Part shown: piece after piece, positions 1 through 12,297 of the stretch
How the letters are laid out: each line of letters starts with the position of its first letter
Numbering within the stretch: the stretch's first letter is position 1
Source: Podarcis gaigeae
Lineage: Eukaryota
Assembly: GCA_964106915.2 (NCBI GenBank)
Contig: OZ066917.1
Direction: 5' to 3' (one strand)
DNA: 64,000 nucleotides
Translations under genes and position numbers: made by a program
Notes under the pieces: generated by a model
What the model saw: only the letters and a program-made list of their open reading frames with translations
Databases searched by the model: none
Told to the model about the DNA's origin: nothing

Positions 1-323
1 GTTTTCACTAGCAAGATTATAGATAATGTTTGCTACAAATATGGTAATGATAGTATTGAAGTATGTATTGTTTATTGTTTTCAGTGTATTGCCACCTTCC
101 CTGTTATGACTCTAACAGGTACTGCATATCCACTGGAATCACAGATCAGCAGCAGTATAAAACTATCCACAGCCATACTGAGCATTTCAATAGGAAAATT
201 ATGAAATTAAAATTACATATTGAAATAGTAACGTTGAATGATTTCCCACCTTATGGATTGTCTTCTGAAGCTGACAACTAAATACCATATTTTCTAAGCT
301 CGCTAACTAGCTGGACTAGAAGA

Positions 324-470
324 ACGAGATAGCTTAGCTGGTAGAGCATAAGACTCTTCATCTCAGGGTCATGGGTTTGAGCCCCATGTTAGGTAAAAGT
401 TCCCAGCATTCCAAGGGGTTGGACTAGATGACCCCTGTGATCCCTTCCAACCTTATGATTCTAAGAATTC
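324..470 (+). mobile_element. tRNA-derived SINE with CR1-type 3' tail
   Basis: A-box TAGCTTAGCTGG, B-box GGTTTGAGCCC, and tail ggttggactagatgacc...cccttccaacc...atgattcta. Confidence 0.7.
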
Positions 471-2012
471 TAAGTGTTGAGACACATTTAATCAGGAAAT
501 GCTTATTCTCTTGTAGATGCCATAATGAAGTACCAATGGCAACCTTTTTGAAATCAACTCTCAAGAAAACATTTTTTAAACAACAACAACCAAGTGATGG
601 TGGGGAGGAACTACTTTAGGGGAGATTAAGAGGCAAAGTTTAAAATTCCATGTATCATTTCAGATCATAAGGCAGCCAAATGAATAAACTGATCTTACTT
701 AAACATATTCTCAGCTAGCATCACCTTACAGATCCTCATGCCCTCAATGATTGTTCATTTATTTCTTTTTTAAACACATGGGTGCTAAACTCATATCAAA
801 CCTTAAAGCAGAGGTCCAAGTATCAGTGTATAAGTCTCGAATTTAGTGAACAGCATATATTTGTAATTAACTCACAAGTAAATTATATAAAACAGCTGTG
901 AATAAAAGTTTGCAGCAGAGCCTCAATGAAGCATTTAGCTGGTGTTGTCTACACTCAGCTCTAGTGGAAAAGCGTAAGCTGCAAAAAAAAAAAGTGCTGC
1001 TGAGAATTTCAAACCATATTGTACAGAAGTCACATCAAATTAATACTGAGGACCATTTAGAGCTTTTATTCTGAAAAGCTTTTTGAAAAGGGATTAAACT
1101 ATGAAAACTCGCATGATACTAAAGTACCTATTAATGGGTTTAGAAGGGGGGGGGAGGAACAATGAAAGTGTTATTTTTAGATAAATCGTTACTTTGTATG
1201 TAGCAGCACAAAGCATTTGCTAAGGAGATACGGCAACAGTTCTCTGGCAATATCCCACACATCTGAACACTGATTAGCAGGAGTCTTTTTGTTGTCGTTA
1301 AGAATAATCTTCTGTGAAAACGGGGTCTTACCCATTCCCCCCTTTCCCCCTCCCGCCATGACAATTTTAGGAGTTTCACTTACACTCTTGGGCAAAACAT
1401 GAGAAAGCCAAGGCAATGGAACTGCTTAATGGGAGACAAAAATGCAACCCGATGAAAGTATAAGGTGGCTGTTCTGTCTTCCTCATCCTACCAACACAGT
1501 TGGCCCAATTATATGTATAATCTGAACTAGTCTGTATATCCTACATCTCCCCAAGATCTCATACCACTGTTATTTTAAAAGTTTCAATTGTATGATACCC
1601 CTAATGTGCAGGAAAATGGTGTGTTATTTATATATATATAGCCAGAAAACAGCATGAGCAACGAGAAGAAGGAAGCTGGGTAGCTGTCATCTCGTCAAAA
1701 ATAATGAATTCTCAAGAGACTTCTAACTTTATGTCTTCCCAGTCATTTGTCCAATAACAATAGGCTACCAGGAGAGAAATGAGTAGGCGTAGTGCACACA
1801 CTACTTCGGCTCTGGCTCGCACCTGTAACCCCCAAACAACTATGTACCAGCTGAAACCTACAAGACAACAGGCCCAAAAGACAACTGGAAATGTTGTTCC
1901 TAGCCTGCTGTGCCTCCATTCAGTTAAAGGATGCACCACATGGTGGATGACAGCTTTGTGTCTATCCCGTCTTGCAGCCTTCCCTTCCCCCAGCCCCTTG
2001 ACAGTCATGCAC

Positions 2013-2144
2013 NNNNNNNNNNNNNNNNNNNNNNNNNNNNNNNNNNNNNNNNNNNNNNNNNNNNNNNNNNNNNNNNNNNNNNNNNNNNNNNNNNNNNNNN
2101 NNNNNNNNNNNNNNNNNNNNNNNNNNNNNNNNNNNNNNNNNNNN
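2013..2144. other. Assembly gap (132 N)
   Basis: Run of N. Confidence 1.
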
Positions 2145-2968
2145 CTTTTGCCCAAGGAAGACCAATTTACAAAAGGCGTCCACTTTGGCTGTGGGACACC
2201 AAAGAACAAGCAATGAACTGCAGCTGTCACTTAAGTTAAAAATCTAATCGACTGCTTTTTTTTAAAGAAGAAGAAGAAGAAAGGTAACTTTTTGAACAGC
2301 TTCTTCTTTGTGCAACCCTTTGGAGTGTGTTTGACCCAAATTTAATAAGCCGTTCTTAAAGCAGAAGAGCAGCTGTACAGCAAACCTTGTGGAATGATAC
2401 TAGTGTGTTCGGCGTCTTAATTATTTTAAAATGATTACAACCACTGCTTCATTCAAGAGGCAAAAAGCTTAGAGCTCTTTGCCCAACAATGTCTTAACAC
2501 AAACTGTCTGAACAGGCAGCATTCATTCGTCCTTCATGAACCCCAAAGGTCAGCTGCATTGCTGAAAACAACTCAGCAGTTTAATTGTGTTTCTTCTGAA
2601 GGAAGAGAAAGGGAGGGGGGCAAAAACTTGAGGATTCATCCTCTGTGTGAAAACTAGCCCCCTTTTTTTTATTTGCAAGGAAATATACAGCTTAAGTACA
2701 GAGACAAGGAGTGCATGATATGCAGACAGGTGTAAAACATGAAGTAATTATAGAAGCTCAAATTAGTTCCTGGGCCTGAGGCAAAAAAGAGAACAGTGCC
2801 TTGACAAAAGGGAATAGCAAATAAGGATAGCAAACAAAAAATCGCTTGAATGTGTAAATTAGCAAGAAAAATGAGACAGAAAAGCAGCTTTACTCTACTA
2901 TTATTCCCCACATGAGAACAGAGCAGCTGAACATGATCAAGAGGGCTTTGGAAGAGAGAGGCAGGCAT

Positions 2969-3140
2969 NNNNNNNNNNNNNNNNNNNNNNNNNNNNNNNN
3001 NNNNNNNNNNNNNNNNNNNNNNNNNNNNNNNNNNNNNNNNNNNNNNNNNNNNNNNNNNNNNNNNNNNNNNNNNNNNNNNNNNNNNNNNNNNNNNNNNNNN
3101 NNNNNNNNNNNNNNNNNNNNNNNNNNNNNNNNNNNNNNNN
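2969..3140. other. Assembly gap (172 N)
   Basis: Run of N. Confidence 1.
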
Positions 3141-3845
3141 GTGGTACTCCTTTTGTGTATAGGCACTTTAGAAGTGCTGCCAAATCCAAAGAATTGACAC
3201 CATAATAAAACAATTTGAATTTCAACCAGGTAAATACTAGGCTTTCCAAGGGAGGAGGGAGCAGAGTGTAAGCACTACATCCATTTCATCTTATTTGAAA
3301 TAAAGCTACAGGACTCTGACTTGAGACTACAGCAAGCCTATTTTTCTCAGCGCAGGTCTCTTAAATGCCATACTGACAGGCTTCTAATTAATATAATTTA
3401 ATGGACAAGATCTAAGATCAAGAATAGTAAGTCAACTGTTCAATATATCTGTACTGAGCAATTTTATACATTCAATGGGTGGGGAAAGCCTATGTATGTT
3501 ATGTATAGCTGGTATATCCATGATCAGACAATAAATGAGGATGTGTTTAATTGTTGCTTTATCAGATCCAGTATCTAACCCATCATTTCCTTCCGGCTGA
3601 TGTGGTAACAATATTGTAAATATGACTACAGCTTTATAAAACACATAATGGCCAGCATCCAGAGAACTCCCTGCACGAATGGGAGGCAATTTATCTTAGT
3701 GCAAGGGAGCGTGTCCTAATTCTGTGGATTGTTTGTTTTCCCCAGTAGTCACTTGCACCATATTTCAATGCTGTTCTGGAGGTTTTTTTTGGAAAGAGAA
3801 CAAGAAGCTATAGTGGAAAGGAGGACACAAGACATCCCTGTTATA

Positions 3846-3925
3846 CAGGGTGAGTCTTTTAAAAGAGGCCCTGTGAAACATGTGTACTCTGTATCTACAG
3901 GGCCTCTTTTAAAGGACTCACCCTG
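3846..3925. mobile_element. 80-bp Tc1/mariner-type MITE
   Basis: 29-bp TIRs (CAGGGTGAGTCTTTTAAAAGAGGCCCTGT, one mismatch) and a TA duplication at 3844-3845 and 3926-3927. Confidence 0.8.
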
Positions 3926-4245
3926 TATGAGCAGAAGCAGCTGGCAAGTTTGGGGTGTTGGCACTAAAATGTCCTCTGGGCAGTTGCATCACTGTTGCCT
4001 ACCAGAAGGTGGAGGAAGTGGCTGCAAGGTGATAGGTCAGGCGCAAATGCACCAACAAAAGCCATCTGGTGCTCCCACCTGTGCGTCTGCACTGCACCAA
4101 GCTTGTTGCTACCATCCCCCACCTCTTCTACCACCTAGTAAACAGCAGTGAGGCAACCTATTGGAAGCTGTGAGTGCCACTGTCCCACCACACTCTGCTA
4201 CGAATGTACAGAATGGTTCTGATGGCTTTCTGGATTTCATCCCAA

Positions 4246-5660
4246 AATCAGGGAATTGGAATGAACCCCAACGGCTATCAAGTCTAACACTCAACTAAAG
4301 CATCTGTGACAGGTGGCCATCCAACCTCTGCTTAAAAGCCTACAAGGAGAGTCTACTACCTTCTAAGGGAGTCCATTCCACTATCGAACAGCTCTTACCA
4401 CCAGAAAGTTTTTTCCGCCTGATGTTTAGTTGGAATCTCCTTTCTTATAACATTGGTTTGAGTCCTACTCTCCAGAGCTTGCTTTGTCTTCCATGTGACA
4501 GCCCTTGATATTTTTGAAGATGGCTATCATATCTCCTCTCAGTCTCCTCTTTTCCAGGACAAACATATCTTGTCTGGCCCAATTTTTTCCAACTTCTCCA
4601 CAAGAATATCATGGGGGACTTTGTCAAAAGCCTTACTGAAATAAAGATGCACTTTGTCCACAACAGTTCCCTGATCCACCAAACTTGTAACTCTAATGAA
4701 AAAAGAAATAAATGAGATTTGTCTGGCATGACTCGCTTTTGAAAAAAAAACAAAAACATTCTAAGTGCTCACAGACCAATGGTTTAATTATCTGTTCCAG
4801 GACCTTTCCTGGTATCAATGTTAAGCTCACTGGTCTGTAGTTATCTGGGTCTTCTTTTTCCTCCATTTTGAAGATGGGACAACTTGCCTGTTCTCCAATA
4901 ATTTTTGAACATTATAGAGGCTCTGAGATTACATCTGCTAGCTCCTTTAGTACACTTGGGCTCATCAGGCTCTGAATATTTGAATTCATTTAAAGTAACT
5001 AGGGACGCAGGTGGCGCTGTGGGTTAAAGCCTCAGCGCCTAGGACTTGCCGATCGAAAGGTCGGCGGTTCGAATCCCTGCGGCGGGGTGCGCTCCCACTG
5101 CTCGGTCCCAGTGCCTGCCAACCTAGCAGTTCGAAAGCACCTCCGGGTGCAAGTAGATAAATAGGGACCGCTTACCAGCGGGAAGGTAAACGGCGTTTCC
5201 GTGTGCGGCTCTGGCTCGCCAGAGCAGCGATGTCACGCTGGCCACGTGACCCGGAAGTGTCTCCGGACAGCGCTGGCCCCTGGCCTCTTGAGTGAGATGG
5301 GCGCACAACCCCAGAGTCTGTCAAGACTGGCCCGTACGGGCAGGGGTACCTTTACCTTTTAACTAGGTGTTCTCTTTTCCTATCTTGGGCTGCTGCTACC
5401 TCCTTACATCATTTATGTTATCACCAGGTTAGGCACTGCTTTCCTTTTGGGTGAAGACAGAGGCAAAAGTAGGTGTTGAGCAGTTCCACCTTCTCTCTGT
5501 CACCCAACAGCATTTCTCCGTGTTCCCCACACAAAGGACCTACCACTTGCTTCTTGTTCTTCTTACTTCGGACATTGCCGAAGAAACCTTTTTATATTAT
5601 TTTTAACCTCTCTTGTAAGCCTGAGCTCATTCTGAGCTTTAGCCAGACTGACTTTCCCCC
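4246..5660 (-). mobile_element. Degraded CR1 LINE fragments, interrupted by a Sauria SINE
   Basis: The minus strand near 4590-4645 encodes FSKAFDKVPHDILVEKL, a CR1 reverse-transcriptase motif. A CR1-like 3' end lies near 4250-4440. Confidence 0.75.
5002..5359 (+). mobile_element. Sauria SINE, full length
   Basis: GGGACGCAGGTGGCGCTGTGG head, B-box GGTTCGAATCCC, and (ACCTTT)n tail. Target duplication TAACTA(GG) at 4996 and 5360. CpGs are retained, suggesting a young copy. Confidence 0.9.
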
Positions 5661-7922
5661 TGCAACTGTTTGGGGTTATTATTAAGATAAGACATGATTG
5701 TCCGAATTGGACCACTCTTAAAGAAGGCAATCACAGTACTTTAATATATTTTTATTTGCTGTTGTTCTTATGTAATTCTGTTTAACATTGGGGGGATATG
5801 CCTAAAATATGATAAAAGTAAAGATTCCATCAGAGTTAAATTATTGTATAGTCCTTCTCATGGGACTATAAAATGATCTACTTTTAAATAGAGAATAACA
5901 CAAATGTTAAATATCTCTTTAGTTGCACAAAATATTATAAACTATTATTTAACCTGTAGAATGCAATGGTTAAATATTTAGTGCTTAATGTAAGGAATAT
6001 TCAGTGACTTCATATAATACAGATTTAGGCAATCACATTGCAATACAACCTAGTTTATCTTTTTAAGATTTTCCTGTCCGAGGCACCTGTTTAAGAAAGT
6101 AACTTGTCCGCCATATTGCTTGGGCAATGTGAACCAAAATTATTTCTGAGTTTAAATGAAGCACAAGAAGAATTCAAATTCTGAGTACAATTTCAGAAAG
6201 CAAAGCTTTATAACAGTGTGAATAAAGGATGACATAAAATATTTCATTCATTTTAATTACTATTATTCTGTGTACTGATCTTATGATATTCAAGCCTCAA
6301 GTATGAAATTTTTAAAGCCCAGGAACCCTTTAAAACATAACATTTCAAAAAGTAATTCATGGAAAACGCCACTGATTCCCTGCTTAACATGATAATTTGC
6401 TTTCAGTCCCCTCTCAGATGACCTGATTTATTGTGCCATAAGCTTCTGTAGATAATACACTAACTTTTGTCAGTCACCAATGCTACCACACTCAAATTAT
6501 TTATGCTGCTATAGACTGTTGCTTGTCTCAAATTATAGTTTATGTGGGATTTCTGCCTCCTGATTCAGAGGTTACAATACCTCACCTCTATTATTTATTT
6601 ACCTTTCTCATTTATAGTTTAATAACATGCACAATAACTTCCCTCTAAATTAAGCTCTCTTACACACATATTATTTTATCCTAAATCAGAAGATTCTATG
6701 TTGCATAGTAAAGTTGATATTCCACCTCATCTTCTCTGTATTCTTTTACAAAATTGCCTCCCCAACAAATTTGAGTCTCGTAATTAATTACCCGGGTTCT
6801 AAAATTTAAGCTGACTTCTTGAGCCTATGGAAATGGAATGGTGCCAGACACCCTTAGGCATGTCCAAAATATTGTGCATCATGTAACAGTCTTGCAGCAA
6901 CTTTCAAGAATCAGACAAGAGACGAATAAATTACTCAGTGAACAAGCTGTGTTCCAGGCTCCATTAGTTGTAATTACACCCCAAATATGCTCAGCACAAT
7001 GCACACATGTCAGCTGGAAGTGACACACAATAGAGCAGCCAACTTATAAACTCCTTCACGCACAGAAAGGAGTCCATAAAGCAACTGACTTTATGCATTT
7101 GGATTCATGTGATAACACCTCCTCCTGCATAAACCACCAGATCACACAGATGGGGCAAATCCAAACATGAAAATGCTTCTTTTGTTTCGGCATTGATATC
7201 TATTCAGGCAACAAACTGCGGAAAGCTGTGGACAAAGCACCACAATCTTTGCTCTTTTTACACCCCAGACAGTGTAACTGTTGCATAAAATAATATATCA
7301 TAACACACCTGCGGCTTGCAAGAGCTTTAAACAACAACAAAAATAATTGCTGGAAGTTCTGTTCTAAAAATGGGCTACAAAAAGGGAGCAGATTAGAACA
7401 CATGAAGCTTGTAAAAACAGTAACATTCGTACATATGCACGTAAGCTTGCTGCTGATTTGACCTTACCAGTTTTTAAAAATAAAAATCTCTCCTGCCAAC
7501 AGATCTTCAGAGTCTACTGCAGTTCCATATTTGTTAAGGATGAAGATCGCAGGTCAGTAAAACGTATGCCTGAATAAAATAGTAAGATTTAAACTGAGCT
7601 CTGTTCTGTGGATGAGGCCACATTACAAGTGTTTCCACAGAGTTACTCTGGTCAAACTATGGAATTGCAATGTTTTAATCACAAGGCTGACATGTTCTGT
7701 TCTAAGCAGCTATTGCTGTTTTCTCCCTTATTGGCTAGGAATTCCTATATTCCTCCAGGGTCAACCTGGCAAACTAAACAAAATGGGAGGATACCTCTTA
7801 TAATTTAGTTTCCTCTTTGCTACATGATGCAGCCTAGTCATTAAACCACCCACTTCATAGTGTATTCCTAGCTATGCTCTGGCAACTAATAACATTACTA
7901 TTGTTTATTTATAAAATATATA

Positions 7923-8441
7923 CAGTGGGACCTCGGATTAAGTACAGTGGTGCCTCGCAAGACGAAATTAATCCGTTCCGCGAGTCTCTTCGTCTTGCGG
8001 TTTTTTCGTCTTGCGAAGCACGGCTATAAGCGGCTTAGCGGCTATTAACGGCTTAGCGGCTTTAAGAAAAAGGAAACAAACTCGCAAGAACTCGCAAGAC
8101 GTTTCGTCTTGCGAAGCAAGCCCATAGGGAAATTCGTCTTGCGGAAAGACTCAAAAAACGGAAAACTCTTTCGCCTTGCGCGTTTTCCGTCTTGCGAGGC
8201 ATTCGTCTTGCGAGGTACCACTGTACTTAATTCGTTCCGGAGGTCCATTCTTAACCTGAAACTGTTCTTAACCTGAAGCACCACTTTAGCTAATGGGGCC
8301 TCCTGCTGCCGCCGCACCACCGGAGCCCGATTTCTGTTCTTATCCTGAAGCAAAGTTCTTAACCTGAAGCACTATTTCTGGGTTAGCGGTGTAACCTGAA
8401 GCGTATGTAACCTGAAGCATATGTAACCCGAGGTACCACTG
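7923..8441. mobile_element. Tigger/pogo-like MITE (outer element) containing a nested MITE
   Basis: TIR CAGTGG(G/T)ACCTCGG...CCGAGGTACCACTG with TA on both sides. The same family occurs uninterrupted at 18361-18586. Confidence 0.85.
7945..8223. mobile_element. Tigger/pogo-like MITE (inner element)
   Basis: TIR CAGTGGTGCCTCGCAAGACGAA / TTCGTCTTGCGAGGTACCACTG, TA duplication, and repeated TCGTCTTGCG internal motifs. Confidence 0.85.
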
Positions 8442-9367
8442 TATACTGTTTAATATTTAAAAATCTCTTTTTTATTTAAAAATCTCTTTTTTAAAAAGCA
8501 GTTTATGTACAATATAATCGGAGGGGTCACTATAAATTCCAATATATACAAATAATAAAAGCTAAATAAGAGCAGAATAAAACTATGTCAAAGAAAGAGC
8601 TGAGAATTTCACAAAAAATGGAAATAATCATAATAATTTTGTAGCAAATTTCAAGATACTTCCATTCTCTAATTCACTGGTATATTTTGTGGCATTAATA
8701 TACCTTTGGCCTATGACTACACTCTTGTTTCTCTCACTGCACACATCCAACACATGGGTTTCCCAGATCACATAATTATGGCTTTTTGTTTCCTCACCAT
8801 TTACATACTGAGCCTAATTCCACCAAGTCTAGACATGGTTCAGAGCTCTTAAAACCAAGCACATATCACAAATCTATTATGGCTTCCATTTAAGGATTAT
8901 TTGGTCCACCAGTTTGCCACCCCTAAGCAAGATCAACCAAGGCCCAAACACAGTAATTCCTGTGAAGTAGGAGGAATTTATTATTTCTTCTTTCTCAGTT
9001 TTACAGTGATCTGTCACCAATAGTGAAGGTGTAGCCAACTGCAAGGTTTTTGCAAAGTGTGGAGAAAGCCTGCAAGACAAGCTCTTGCAATTCCATCCTT
9101 CTGGCATTGGCCATAGCTGATAGAAAGACCTCTCTGTCTGTTGCTCCCTGGCTGTGATCCCTCTAGGGCCAAATGCACTCCTAGAATGCTCAGCCTGGCA
9201 GAACCACTTCTAGGCAGACCGTCAGTCTGCAAAGTATTTACTGGAAGGATGTCAAAATCTTTGGAGGCTCCACTGTGGTTTGAGGCAATTATGGGCTTCC
9301 TAGGAAAAGGCAGGGGGAGGGTGGTAAACCAGGTAAGACATATAAGACACTTTCTCTACAAAAAACA

Positions 9368-9640
9368 GGTAAAGGTCTAGCCGTGCCGACTCTGGGGTTG
9401 TGGCGCTCATCCTGCTTTATTGGCTGAGGGAGCCGGTGTGACCAGCATGACTAAGCCGCTTCTGGGGAACCAGAGCAGTGCACGGAAACGCCATTTACCT
9501 TCCTGCCAGAGTGGTACCTATTTATCTACTTGCACTTTGCCATGCTTTCAAACGGCTAGGTTGGCAGGAGCAGGGACCGAGCAACAGGAGCTCACCCCAT
9601 TGCGGGGATTCAAACCACCAACCTTCTGATCGACAAGTCC
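9368..9640 (-). mobile_element. Sauria SINE, truncated and diverged
   Basis: Reverse-complement similarity to 5002-5359, with a GGTAAAGGT tail and gcggggattcaaacc B-box. Confidence 0.8.
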
Positions 9641-9879
9641 CATACCCTTCCATTATTGCTTGAAAAGCACTTTGACTCTCCAGCTATGCTCCAGCCTCAC
9701 ATAACTTAGTTTCAATAAGAATCGTTTTCCTTTAACTCTTTTTATGCAAACACTTATGTGTTTATATACTTATAATAGCAGCTGAAGCTATGACAAATTG
9801 TTGCCATATGAGATGCTCCTGTTCAGGGTTTCAGTCATCTCAACATGCCCCTTTCCAGTATACTTCATCCCACGCTCCT

Positions 9880-10390
9880 TGCCTAGGAGAGCATTTTACC
9901 ACCTTTGCCTGATTTACCAACTGTGGCCATTCCTAGACAGAGACGGCTTAGCAACAACGATTCATACTCTGGTAATCTCAAGATTGGATTATTGAAATGA
10001 GATCAATGTGGAGCTGCCCTCAGGTTTGCTTGAACACTGCAGTTAGCACAAAATGTCACAGCTAAGTGGGACACCACACCACATGCACATATTACCAATG
10101 CTTAAAGAATTGTACTGGCTGTCAAGCCAAGTTTAGTTGACAAAGTTTGAGATAAGGGTATCTGAAAGAATGGCTCTCTCTGTGTAGAACTACCTATCCT
10201 CTACACTTATCAGAAGTCTTCTGGGTCAGGCCATATCCTATGGAAATACAGCTTAAGAGACAGGCTGCCTTTGTAACAGCATCCATCTCAGGGAATGATT
10301 TCCACCTGGATTTCAAACAGGTACAACAGTATAGATACTTCATTGGCTAGTAAAATATGCCTGTTCACTCTGGTATTGAGGGCCTTTGAT
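9880..10390 (+). mobile_element. L2 LINE 3' fragment, degraded
   Basis: Encodes QLWPFLDRDGLATTIHTLVISRLDY, a typical L2 ORF2 C-terminal motif. Confidence 0.65.
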
Positions 10391-12254
10391 ACATTTTTAT
10401 TGTTCCTTAGATATGTCAGATGTAACATTTTATTCTCTAATGGTGTTTAATGTGTTTAGTGGATTGTCTTAAGTTACTTTATTGTACACTGCCTTGGTAA
10501 CTTGTAAACAAAAGATAACATAGACACAGTTGTCATGCTTGTAACAAACAAATTGCCTTTCTGCTTCCTGTTCAACTATCAGTCAGCACATTCTGTGGAC
10601 CATTTTTCAGTTTTTATTAGGTGCCCCCACCCTGCCCTAAAGATCTTTCAAACTTCTCTATAAAACCCTGGTATTTCCCAGACTTCTCTGCAGGGATGCC
10701 CTTTTGAATGCATGAAGGTCCATAGTCAAGAGAATGAATTCACTCTAAGATTATGGGATCTTGTCGCAAAATATGCCCATTATTTAAAAATTCACTTCAA
10801 AATATGCAAAACAAGTTTGACAAACTTTTCTCATTTGAAAGCTTCTATGTTGAACATTGACAAAATGATTACACCAGAAAATATAATCTTAACCTTTTTA
10901 CTCATACAAGCCCCCTGAGTAAAATGCAGACATATAACACTAGGGAAAAAAATCAAAGACCTTGTTAAACTGAGGCATAGAACTTGGAATAAATGGAATC
11001 TGGATGAGACTACTGGAAGCTCCCACACAGAATCACAGTATGAACATCCAAGAAAACAAAAATATAAATTTAAAAACACTGCCCTAGCTATATCTGTGAA
11101 TACAAGTGGTGACGGTGGGACTGGGGGTATGACACTGCCTGCTACCGGTGGAAGCATAAATATAGCCTTCCAGGTTTCTTCCAGATAGTACAGATAGTCT
11201 CTATCCAAGGTCAGTTTAAGAATTCATGCTGGCAAAGTGCCTTTACTGCTTATAGGTACTATCATGTTGATTTCCTGTTCTTGTAGCACAACAGGTACAA
11301 GAACTATTTGTGAATTTATTACTGTATTAGCTTAAAAAGGGGAGAAAGCAATAGTTATTGAAAATAACCCGGCTAATAATTTCCTTCTGACACTTGAGTT
11401 TAAAAGGTTAAATTACTATCTGAGGAAAGGTAATCTGGCTGCCTCTCACAGCAGCCTGCAAACTCGGCAATCTGCATAGAGAGGAGTATTTGTCATCATT
11501 AGCTGAACTGTGACAGCTGGTACCCAGGGTGTCCCAGATTCAAGAAGTGGCAAAGGCACTCTCTTCTTTTAACTTGCCATTAGGTGTAGCATGTTTCATA
11601 AGCAACAAGATATTTTGCAATACAGCATGAGACAACAGCCCTGAATACATCTGCATTTTATATGGCATAAAAACACCCTGATGCTGCATAAATAGTATTA
11701 TTTGCCTTAAGGCTACTAGCTCCAAGCCGAACAACCAATACTTTCCCCAGGAAAAAAAATGGCTTGTATGAAGAACACTTTGGTCATTATTTTTTTTTAA
11801 ACTATTAAATTCCGGTTTTTAAATGCAGTTTGAACCCAATAATGATCACATGTTAGAGGACATGTAATAAGCTGTGAAGCAAGAAACTCAAATTTATTTT
11901 CATGATCCTACTAAATGATAATGCAGCAACTGAAAGCTTTTAAAGAAAAGCTACAGATAATATCACATCAGTGGTGTTATTAGAAACTTAAAATGTGTTC
12001 TTAATGTGTACTTTGCAAACAATGAACTGACTTGCAGTCTTCTATTCAAACTTGGAAATAAACTTCAAAACAGATCAAATTTAGCATACATTTTTTCCAA
12101 ATGGGTTTAAATGTGTTGGGGGGGGGGGAGAGAATGCCCAAGAGATTCCAAAAAAGGCTTTCCCTATGAAAATCTGGAGTCAGTTGACTAAAAATCTTTC
12201 AAAGACTTTTTCTTTTTTTAAAGAGGCATAAAAATAAAGGTTTGTGGGGCTTGA

Positions 12255-12258
<4 letters not shown>

Positions 12259-12295
<37 letters not shown>
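12259..12295. repeat. (TG)n microsatellite
   Basis: Directly visible. Confidence 0.95.

Positions 12296-12297
<2 letters not shown>

Noticed and set aside
1712-3249. ORFs spanning N runs
   Set aside because: Their length is an artefact of the assembly gaps.
7945-8441. Regularly recurring short repeats (TCGTCTTGCG, AACCTGAAGC) resembling an array
   Set aside because: These are internal repeats of MITEs in a vertebrate genome, not CRISPR.
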